NCBI GenBank assembly: GCA_963720545.1
Contig: OY970399.1
Location: 2,272,001-2,336,000 of the forward strand
Reading direction: 5' to 3'
Length of the DNA stretch: 64,000 nt
From: an uncultured Acidobacteriota bacterium
Lineage (GTDB): Bacteria; Acidobacteriota; Vicinamibacteria; Fen-336
A program made the position numbers and the translations under genes. Under the pieces are notes generated by a model, which worked only from the letters and a program-made list of their open reading frames with translations, searched no databases and was not told the origin of the DNA. Positions 56,564-64,000 of the stretch are shown here, one piece after another (within the stretch, counting starts at the first letter, position 1; each line of letters starts with the position of its first letter).

Positions 56564-57429
56564 GTGTTCGCTGCGTGGCGTGCGACACCGCCGGTGCTCA
56601 GCGCGACCTTGGAATGAAGCACGGCTTCGCGCTGCAGGAGTGTGCCGGGTGCCGCTCGCTCTCCGTCACGGCGCTGCCCACGGGTGCCGCCGCCTCTGAT
56701 CTCTATCAAGACGCCTATCGCGAACCCGAACCGCCGCCGCCACACGCGGTGCGTTCTCTGGAGCGACTGGTGGACGCGGCCGAGCCGTGGCGCTCGCAGG
56801 GTCGCTGGCTCGACGTCGGCTTCGGCGCCGGCGACCTGCTCGACATCGCGGCCCGGCGCGGCTGGCAAACCTACGGCACCGAGGTGTCGCGGCCGGCCCT
56901 GGCGCGCGCTCAGGCCCGCGGCCACGTGGTTGCGGACGCGTTCGCGGACCAGCTCTTCCGTCCCGGAAGCTTCGACGTAGTCACCATGGTCGAGCTCGTC
57001 GAGCACGTGCCGGCCGCAGCGTTTTTCCTCGGCGCGGCGCACCGCCTGCTGCGTCCGGGCGGCCTGCTCTACGTCAGCACCCCCAACGCGCGCTCGCTGA
57101 ACCGCCGCGTCCTCGGCAGCGCGTGGAGCGTGGTGTCGCCGCCCGACCACCTGGTGCTCTTCAGCCCGCAAGCGCTCACGGCGCGGGTGCGCGCCGCCGG
57201 CTTCGCGGTGCGCACGGTGCGCTGCGAGGGGCTCAACCCGGCGGAACTCCTGGCACGGCTGCGCCGGCGGCAGCTGTCGCCCTCGTTCCATCGCCAGCAG
57301 GCCGCCACCGAGGTCGCGGAAGCGTTCACGCGCAGCCCGCTGCGGCGCGCGGCGAAGCGCGCCGCCAACAGCCTCCTCAGCCCGCCACGGCTCGGCGACA
57401 CCATCAAGATATGGTCGGTGCGCCCATGA
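56560..57429 (+). CDS. Class I SAM methyltransferase with N-terminal CxxC..CxxC
   Basis: CVAC, CAGC, WLDVGFGAG, ELVEHV, LRPGGLLYVSTPN, PPDHL. Confidence 0.85.
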   Translation: MSVRCVACDTAGAQRDLGMKHGFALQECAGCRSLSVTALPTGAAASDLYQDAYREPEPPPPHAVRSLERLVDAAEPWRSQGRWLDVGFGAGDLLDIAARRGWQTYGTEVSRPALARAQARGHVVADAFADQLFRPGSFDVVTMVELVEHVPAAAFFLGAAHRLLRPGGLLYVSTPNARSLNRRVLGSAWSVVSPPDHLVLFSPQALTARVRAAGFAVRTVRCEGLNPAELLARLRRRQLSPSFHRQQAATEVAEAFTRSPLRRAAKRAANSLLSPPRLGDTIKIWSVRP

Positions 57430-58532
57430 AAGAGCTGCGCGTCGCCGCGTTCGTGCCATACGCGCTGGAAACCACGCCTTCGCAGCGCTTCCGCCTCGAG
57501 CAATGGGCGCCGCATCTGCGCTCCCAGGGCATCGCCTTCACCTTCTTTCCGTTCGCCGACGCGGCCCTCGTGCGACTGCTGCCGCAGCGCGGCGCGGCTG
57601 CGGCGGCGGCGAAGGCGAAGGCCCTCGTCGTCGCATACGCCGTGCAGCGGCAGCGTGCGGCCGTGCTCAGGGGCTTCGACGTGGTCGTGGTCCACCGCAC
57701 GGCGTCGATCGTCGGCCCGGCGGCCATCGAAAGGCGGCTGGCGCGCCACGGGGTGCCGCTCGTCTACGACTTCGACGATGCCGTGTGGCAGACCCACACC
57801 GCCGCGGCCAACCGCGGCTTCCGCTGGCTGAAGTTTCCCGGCAAGACCGCGCGGATCTGCGCGCTCAGCCATTCGGTCGTGGCCGGCAACGAGTACCTCG
57901 CGGACTACGCGCGCTCGCACGCGCGTCTCGTGCAGATCGTGCCGACGAGCGTCGACACCGAGCGCTTCGCGCCGCGACCGCACGCCGGGCCGGCGAACGG
58001 CCGCCGCCTGGTCGTCGGCTGGACCGGCAGCGGCACCTCGCAGGTCAACCTCGAGGCGCAGGCCGGGGTGCTCGCGGAAGCGCAGCGCCGCCACGGCTTC
58101 GAGGTGCGCGTGCACTCCGACCGCGCGCCACTCCTGCCCGGCGTCGCCTTCGACTGGCGCAGATGGACGCCGCACAACGAGGCCGCGGAGGTCGCAGAGT
58201 TCGACATCGGCATCATGCCGCTCCCCGACGACCAATGGTCGCGCGGCAAGTGCGCGCTCAAGGCGCTCCTCTACATGGCGAGCGGCCTGCCGGTGATCCT
58301 GTCGCCGGTGGGCGCCAACCGAGAGGCGGTCCGCGACGGCGTCGACGGGCTGTGGGCTTCGGGGCACGAACAGTGGCTGCGCGCCTTCGATACGCTCGCC
58401 GGCGATGGCGCGCTGCGCGAGCGGCTCGGCCGGGAAGCGCGCCGCACCGTGGAAACGCGCTACTCGGCCGCGGCCTGCGCCGCGCTCTTTGGCAGCGTGC
58501 TGCAAAGCGCCGCGGCGGGTTCGCAACCATGA
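57426..58532 (+). CDS. GT4 glycosyltransferase
   Basis: PSQRFRLEQW, VYDFDDA, GWTGS, FDIGIMPL..GKCALKALLYMASGLPV. Confidence 0.85.
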   Translation: MKELRVAAFVPYALETTPSQRFRLEQWAPHLRSQGIAFTFFPFADAALVRLLPQRGAAAAAAKAKALVVAYAVQRQRAAVLRGFDVVVVHRTASIVGPAAIERRLARHGVPLVYDFDDAVWQTHTAAANRGFRWLKFPGKTARICALSHSVVAGNEYLADYARSHARLVQIVPTSVDTERFAPRPHAGPANGRRLVVGWTGSGTSQVNLEAQAGVLAEAQRRHGFEVRVHSDRAPLLPGVAFDWRRWTPHNEAAEVAEFDIGIMPLPDDQWSRGKCALKALLYMASGLPVILSPVGANREAVRDGVDGLWASGHEQWLRAFDTLAGDGALRERLGREARRTVETRYSAAACAALFGSVLQSAAAGSQP

Positions 58533-59335
58533 CCTCGAACGAGCGCCAGAAAAACGCAGCGGTCCTGCAGCATTCCCGCCAGGCGGGGCAGTTCGACGAG
58601 CGCTACCTCGGCAACGACGCGTTCGCCTCGTGCTTCGCCTACAGCCGCGCGCGGCTGGCGGCGTGGCTCGAACTGCTGGTGAGCGCGGACGGCGCCGGCA
58701 AGCGCGCCCTCGACATCGGCTGCGGCACCGGGCATCACGTCCAGTGGCTGCGTGCCCGCGGCTACGAAGTGGTCGGGGTCGACGGCTCCGCGGACATGCT
58801 GCGGCTCGCACGCGAGAACAACCCCGCGGTGCGCTTCGAGCAGTGCGACGTGGAGAGCCTGCCGCTGCCGGACGGCGCTTTCGACCTGATACTCTGCGTC
58901 GAAGTCTTGCGCTACCTGCCCTCGCCGCACCGTGCGCTCGCCGAAATGGCGCGCGTCCTGCGCCCCGGCGGACTCACCCTGGCGACGGCGGCGCCGCTCT
59001 TCAGCCTCAACGCCTATCCGCTCGTCAACCGCGTCGCGAGGGCGGTGCCGGTTGCGGACCTGGTGCGCCTGCGGCAGTTCTTCATCACCGCTCGCGGCTT
59101 GCGCCGCGCGGCGCGGCGCGCGGGCCTGGCCGACATCGAGGTGCACGGCGTCTACACCGGCCCGCTCAACTGGATCGAGCGGCTCACGCCGCGCCTGCTG
59201 CCGCGGGCCTTGCGCCTCCTCGACCCGGTGCAACCGGCGCTCGCCGACGCGCCGCTGCTGCGGGCCTTCGCCAACATGTTCCTGCTGGTGGCGCGCAAGC
59301 CGCCGGCTGCCGGTGAACCCGGGGCGGCGCGATGA
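58529..59335 (+). CDS. Class I SAM methyltransferase (type 11-like)
   Basis: ALDIGCGTG, GVDGSADML, LPLPDGAFD, EMARVLRPGG. Confidence 0.85.
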   Translation: MTSNERQKNAAVLQHSRQAGQFDERYLGNDAFASCFAYSRARLAAWLELLVSADGAGKRALDIGCGTGHHVQWLRARGYEVVGVDGSADMLRLARENNPAVRFEQCDVESLPLPDGAFDLILCVEVLRYLPSPHRALAEMARVLRPGGLTLATAAPLFSLNAYPLVNRVARAVPVADLVRLRQFFITARGLRRAARRAGLADIEVHGVYTGPLNWIERLTPRLLPRALRLLDPVQPALADAPLLRAFANMFLLVARKPPAAGEPGAAR

Positions 59336-60318
59336 GCCGCCCGCCGGCAGCATTCGTGCTGAGCCTCGACTTCGAGCTCATCTGGGGCACGCTCGACCTC
59401 CATGGGGTCTCGGGTTACGGCGAAATCTGCCGGCTCGAGCGCGAGCAGGTTTTCGACAAGCTGCTGGCACTCCTCGACGAGTTCGAGACGCGCGCATCGT
59501 GGCTGGTGGTCGGGCACCTCGCCCTCGACGGCTGCCCGACGCAAGCCCCGCATCATCCGCAGCTCGCGCGCCCGCAGCACGCCTGGGCGAGGGACGACTG
59601 GTTCGCGCACGATCCCGGCGGCAACGAACGGCAGGCACCGCTCTTCTTCGCCCGCAGCCTCATCGAGCGCCTGGGCCAGACCGCCGTGCGCCACGAGATC
59701 GGCTGCCATTCCTTTTCCCACGTCATCTATGGCGATCCCGGCTGCAGCGAGGCGGCGGCGCGCGGCGACCTCGAGGCCGCGGTGGCGGCTTTGGCCGGCA
59801 TCGGCGTGGCACCGCGCAGCTTTTCCTTCCCGCGTAACCGCGTCGGCCATGCCGAACTCCTCGCGCAGCACGGCTTCTCCTGCTTCCGCACCCCGGAACC
59901 GCGCTGGTACTGCGACGGCCGCTGGCCCGACGCGCTGCGGCGCGCCGGACACCTGGTGGACGTGGTCACGGCCCGCACCCCGGGGGTCTGCCGTCCGCGA
60001 CGCCGCGCCGACGGCGTCGTCGAGATTCCCGGCTCGATGCTCTATTTCCCGATGCACGGCCGCCGCCGCCACCTGCCGCTCGCGCTGCGGATCGCGCGCG
60101 CCCGCAAGGGCATCGCGGCCGCGATCGACGCCGCGGCGGTCTTCCACCTGTGGACGCATCCCACGAACCTCGCCGACCCGATGGCGCCGATGTTCCGCGG
60201 CCTGCGGCGCATCCTCGAAGCGGTGCGCACCGAGCGCGAGCGCGGCCGCCTCGAGGTGCTGACGATGGGCGAGGTGGCGCGCGACTGGCAGCGCTTCGCC
60301 GCCCCCGGGGCGGCATGA
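59332..60318 (+). CDS. Polysaccharide deacetylase-family protein
   Basis: LSLDFELIWG, HEIGCHSFSH, FSFPRN, FHLWTHP. Confidence 0.82.
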   Translation: MSRPPAAFVLSLDFELIWGTLDLHGVSGYGEICRLEREQVFDKLLALLDEFETRASWLVVGHLALDGCPTQAPHHPQLARPQHAWARDDWFAHDPGGNERQAPLFFARSLIERLGQTAVRHEIGCHSFSHVIYGDPGCSEAAARGDLEAAVAALAGIGVAPRSFSFPRNRVGHAELLAQHGFSCFRTPEPRWYCDGRWPDALRRAGHLVDVVTARTPGVCRPRRRADGVVEIPGSMLYFPMHGRRRHLPLALRIARARKGIAAAIDAAAVFHLWTHPTNLADPMAPMFRGLRRILEAVRTERERGRLEVLTMGEVARDWQRFAAPGAA

Positions 60319-61460
60319 CGCTCGCGCGGCTGGTGCGCTGGGCGCTCTTCCTGCGGGTCGCGACCGTGCTGCTGCTGCATCTCACCGTCAGCGAGAACGC
60401 CTTTGCACCCGACCAGGCGACCTACCACTTCTTCGGCGCCTGGCTCGCGCACTACTGGGAGGGCGACACGCTCGTCTATCCCGACAAGATCGACGCCAAC
60501 CCGCGCGCCTATTACTACATCGTCGCGTCCTTGTACTGGCTGTTCGGCGACTACTCGCTGCTGCCGAAGCTGCTGAACGCGCTGGTCGGCACCTATGCGG
60601 TGAAGCTCGCCTGGGACATCGCGCTCCTCGCTTCCGCCAATGCGCAGGTCGCCTTGCGCGCGGCGCAGCTGACGGCGTTCTTTCCGTCGCTCATCCTGTG
60701 GTCGGCACTGAACATCCGCGACTGCTGGGTGGTGGTGCTGATCCTCGTCATGTGCCGCGCCGGCCTGGAACTGCGCGAGCGGGTGACGATCCCGGCGGTT
60801 CTCTGTCTCGGCGGTTCCATCGTCCTCATCTCGGGCTTTCGCGACTACCTGTTCCTGGCGCTGGCCGCACCGGTGGTCGTTTCCTTCGTCCTCGGCCGCG
60901 GCAACAACGCCCTGCGCAACGCGCTCCTCGGCGCGGTGGTCGCGGGCGGGCTCATCTATTTCGACCGCGTCTCGGGCGCCGACCATTCCAGGCTCGTCGA
61001 CCTCGACGCCATCCAGGAAACCAGGAACTTCACGAACTTCGGCACCAGCCGCTTCCAGGACGCCGTCGACATCTCGACGCCAGCCAAGGCGCTCTGGTTC
61101 CTGCCGCGCGGCCTGGTCTTCTTCCTGCTCTCGCCCTACCCGTGGGACATCCGCAGCGCACGCCAGGCGGTGACCTTTCCCGAAATGCTCTTCTTCTATT
61201 CGCTCATCCCGTCGATCGTCGTCGGCTTCCGCCACCTGCTGCTCGCGCACGGCTCGAAGGCGATGCTGCTGTGCCTGGTCACCGCCTGTCTCACGCTCGG
61301 CTACGCGCTCGGCGAAGCGAACGCCGGCGGCGCCTACCGCCACCGTGCGCAGGTGCTGGTGCTGCTGCTGGTGTTCAGCGCGGTCGGCGGGGAGCTGCAG
61401 CGGCGCAGGAAAGAGGCGCGCGATCGCGCCGCGGCGGGCCTCCTGCCGCGCGAGATCTAG
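60315..61460 (+). CDS. Multi-pass membrane protein, GT-C/Wzy-like
   Basis: TM1 followed by PDQATY loop, FPSLILWSALNIRD, GGAYRHR; many TMs; inside the glycan cluster. Confidence 0.6.
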   Translation: MTLARLVRWALFLRVATVLLLHLTVSENAFAPDQATYHFFGAWLAHYWEGDTLVYPDKIDANPRAYYYIVASLYWLFGDYSLLPKLLNALVGTYAVKLAWDIALLASANAQVALRAAQLTAFFPSLILWSALNIRDCWVVVLILVMCRAGLELRERVTIPAVLCLGGSIVLISGFRDYLFLALAAPVVVSFVLGRGNNALRNALLGAVVAGGLIYFDRVSGADHSRLVDLDAIQETRNFTNFGTSRFQDAVDISTPAKALWFLPRGLVFFLLSPYPWDIRSARQAVTFPEMLFFYSLIPSIVVGFRHLLLAHGSKAMLLCLVTACLTLGYALGEANAGGAYRHRAQVLVLLLVFSAVGGELQRRRKEARDRAAAGLLPREI

Positions 61461-61467
61461 CGCGCCC

Positions 61468-63384
61468 ATGTGCGGCCTCGCCGGCATCGTCGACCTCGAC
61501 GGCGCGCCCATCGCGCGCAGCGAGCTCTCCGCCATGGGTGCTTCGCTGTGCCACCGCGGCCCGGACGCCGAAGGCATCTTCGTCGACGAGAGTGCCGCGC
61601 CTTCGGTCGGCTTCGTGCACCGGCGGCTCGCGATCATCGACCTGTCACGGCGCGCCGACCAGCCGCTCGCTTCGGAAGACGGCGCGGTGCGCGCGATGCT
61701 GAACGGCGAGATCTACAACTTCGCGCAGCTGCGCGCCGCACTGCAGGCGCGCCACGTGTTCGCCTCGCAAGGCGACACCGAGAGCGTGGTCCACGGGTAC
61801 GAAGAGCACGGCGACGCGATCTTCGCGCGGCTCGACGGCATGTTCGCGCTGGCGCTCTGGGATGCCCGGCGGCGGCGCGTGCTGCTGGCGCGGGATCCGT
61901 TCGGCAAGAAGCCGCTGTACGTCGCTCGCTCCGCGAACGGCCGGCGCCTCTTCTTCGGCTCGGAGATCAAGGCGCTCCTCGCCGCGGGCGTGCCGGTGGC
62001 GGCAGCCGCCGAAAACCTCGGCGAATACCTGGCCTTCGGCTACGTCCCGTCGCCGCGCACTTTCTTTCGCGGCATCGAGAAGCTGCCGCCTTCGTCCTTC
62101 ACCGCGATCGACGCGCATGGCATCGAAGCACCGCAGCGCTACTGGGAGCTGAGGTTCCCGGCGCAGGGCGAAGCCGCCGCCATGTCCGAGCAGGAGGCGA
62201 TCGAGCGCACCGACGCTCTGCTGGTCGCGGCGGTCAGGAAGCGCCTGGTCGCCGACGTGCCGCTTGGCATCCTGCTCTCGGGCGGCATCGATTCCAGCGG
62301 CGTCGCCGCCATCGCAGCCGCCGCGGCGCGGGCCAGCGGCGGCCCGGCGGTGCGCACCTTCTGCGTCGGCTTCGAGGACGCGACGTTCGACGAGCGGCCG
62401 TACGCCGCGGCGGTGGCGCAGCATATCGGCGCCGACCACCACGCGGAGCTGGTGAAGCCGGACGCGGCCGCCCTCATCGAGACGCTGATCGCGCATCACG
62501 ACGAGCCGTTCGGCGATTCGTCGGCGCTGCCCACCTATCTCGTCGCGCAAGTGGCGCGGCGCCACGTCACGGTGGCGCTCAACGGCGACGGCGGCGACGA
62601 GGCGTTCGCCGGCTACGACCGCTTCTATGCGGCGCTCCTGGCCGAGCGGCTGCCGGCGCCCGCCATAGCGCTCGCCGATCGCACGCTGCGGCTCTTCGGC
62701 TCGGGCCAATTGCCGAACCGCCACCCGCTGCGCCAGGCGCAGCGCTTCGCCGCCAAGGCGTCGCGGCCGTTCCTCGAGCGGTATTTCGCATGGAGCACGT
62801 TCAACGATGTCGCGGACGTCGCGCAGCTCGCCGGCGCCGCAACAGCCGACCCGCAGCGCCTCCTGTCTTCCTGGCGCGAGACCCTGGCTACACTCGACGC
62901 CGCGCAGCCGCGCGCGTCGGTGCTGTCGCGCCTGCTCTACCTCAACGCGCGCACCTACCTGCTCGACGACCTGCTGCCGAAGATGGACCGCATGACGATG
63001 GCGCACGGGCTCGAGGCGCGCAGTCCGTTTCTCGACCGCGACCTCTTTGCGTTCGCCGCGTCGCTGCCCGACCGCTTCAAGCGCAGCGGCCGCGAGGGCA
63101 AGGTGGTGCTGAGGAAGGCGCTCGTGGACCGGCTACCTCCCGGCATCCTGCGCCGGCCCAAGCAGGGCTTCGGGGTGCCTCTCGGCCGCTGGTTCCGCGA
63201 GGACCTGAGGGAGCTTGCGCACGACACCTTGCTCGATCGGCCCCGCTATCGTGGCCTCATCCCGGTGGATAATGTGCGCCGGGTGCTGGCCTCCCATGAG
63301 ACCAGGGAACGTGACAATGGTCACGCCTTGTGGATCCTCCTGACCCTCGAGCTGTGGCTGCGCCGTCATGGGCTCTCCTTCTGA
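61468..63384 (+). CDS. asnB: Asparagine synthase-like glutamine amidotransferase
   Basis: MCGLAG, HRGPD, RRLAIID, NGEIYNF, LSGGIDSS, GDGGDE, LEARSPFLD, KQGFGVP. Confidence 0.92.
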   Translation: MCGLAGIVDLDGAPIARSELSAMGASLCHRGPDAEGIFVDESAAPSVGFVHRRLAIIDLSRRADQPLASEDGAVRAMLNGEIYNFAQLRAALQARHVFASQGDTESVVHGYEEHGDAIFARLDGMFALALWDARRRRVLLARDPFGKKPLYVARSANGRRLFFGSEIKALLAAGVPVAAAAENLGEYLAFGYVPSPRTFFRGIEKLPPSSFTAIDAHGIEAPQRYWELRFPAQGEAAAMSEQEAIERTDALLVAAVRKRLVADVPLGILLSGGIDSSGVAAIAAAAARASGGPAVRTFCVGFEDATFDERPYAAAVAQHIGADHHAELVKPDAAALIETLIAHHDEPFGDSSALPTYLVAQVARRHVTVALNGDGGDEAFAGYDRFYAALLAERLPAPAIALADRTLRLFGSGQLPNRHPLRQAQRFAAKASRPFLERYFAWSTFNDVADVAQLAGAATADPQRLLSSWRETLATLDAAQPRASVLSRLLYLNARTYLLDDLLPKMDRMTMAHGLEARSPFLDRDLFAFAASLPDRFKRSGREGKVVLRKALVDRLPPGILRRPKQGFGVPLGRWFREDLRELAHDTLLDRPRYRGLIPVDNVRRVLASHETRERDNGHALWILLTLELWLRRHGLSF

Positions 63385-63408
63385 CCCAAGTCCCTGCGGC
63401 AGAATGCT

Positions 63409-63438
63409 TTGACCGCGTGAAATTGGCCGTGCTATCCT
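63409..63438 (+). promoter_or_regulatory. Internal sigma70-type promoter
   Basis: TTGACC(63409-63414)-18 nt-TATCCT(63433-63438) with a TG extension. Confidence 0.45.
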
Positions 63439-63457
63439 CTCGCCCGTCCAGACGCTC

Positions 63458-64000
63458 GTGAACGCCTCAGGAACTGGCCCAGTCCGTGTGGTTCGGCTTT
63501 TTTCGCGGCTGAACATTGGCGGTCCCAGTCTTCACGTCACACTACTGACCGAGGGATTGGGTGTACGGGGCTTCGAGACCCGACTAATAGTGGGTCGCGA
63601 AGGGTCTGGGGAGGGCACGATCAGAAATACGTCGCGAGACCGGAACGTATCCGTCGAGCGATTGCCCGGGCTCGGACGGGAGATCAGGCCTCTGGCCGAT
63701 CTGAGGACCCTGCTGGCGCTTTATCGCATCATCAGCGGATACCGGCCGCACATAGTTCATACCCACACCTCCAAAGCTGGATTCCTGGGGCGTATCGCAG
63801 CTCGCATGGCGGGCGTGCCGGTGATTGTCCACACGTTTCACGGGCACGTGCTCCATGGATACTTCCGTGGACCCACTACCAAGTTCTTCGTATTGGCCGA
63901 GCGGCTCCTGGCCGGGATCAGCACAGCACTGGTAGCAGTGTCGGAAACGGTGCGTGCAGAGTTGCTGTGCCTCGGCGTTTCAGTCCCGGCGAAAATTCAC
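63458..64000 (+). CDS. GT4 glycosyltransferase (5' part; runs off window end)
   Basis: Manual translation from GTG 63458: VRVVRLFSRLNIGGPSLHV...IVHTHTSKAGFLGRIAARMAGVPVIVHTFHGHV...VAVSE. Confidence 0.85.
   Translation, partial: MNASGTGPVRVVRLFSRLNIGGPSLHVTLLTEGLGVRGFETRLIVGREGSGEGTIRNTSRDRNVSVERLPGLGREIRPLADLRTLLALYRIISGYRPHIVHTHTSKAGFLGRIAARMAGVPVIVHTFHGHVLHGYFRGPTTKFFVLAERLLAGISTALVAVSETVRAELLCLGVSVPAKIH

Overview
High-GC bacterial chromosome segment. The 16S 5' motif CAGAATCAACGCT and the gene repertoire (Acidobacterial-type VWA protein, DUF4388-like protein) suggest Acidobacteriota, possibly Vicinamibacteria-like; this is an inference. In order: partial mreB with an upstream GAF-GGDEF cyclase and FecR-domain protein; ppiD and a STAS protein; ispA; purM-purN-tyrS; a complete rRNA operon (16S, tRNA-Ile, tRNA-Ala, 23S, 5S); yebC-ruvCAB-queA; a CADD-like protein, HNH nuclease and DUF4388-like protein; aroF; an APC permease; an ECF sigma/anti-sigma pair; OmpA-family lipoprotein; VWA protein; tdh; GAF-GAF-PP2C phosphatase; a FabZ homolog; pseudouridine synthase; a heterodimeric ABC exporter; a metallopeptidase, deoxynucleoside kinase and folK; a Bacillus-type fadR-fadD-fadN-fadA-fadE beta-oxidation operon; and from about 45.2 kb a large surface-glycan cluster that runs off the window end. 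I see no CRISPR array, prophage or transposase, and no clear-cut new multi-gene system. Best leads: a FabZ homolog lacking the catalytic His, a CADD-like protein with altered metal ligands, an 11-bp-period GTTCAT array upstream of ompA, a FadR(YsiA)-type operator, probable non-canonical starts (CTG, ACG), repeated near-leaderless promoters, and lower-GC patches inside glycan genes. Start codons were refined by eye and are approximate; family calls come from motif recognition, not searches.
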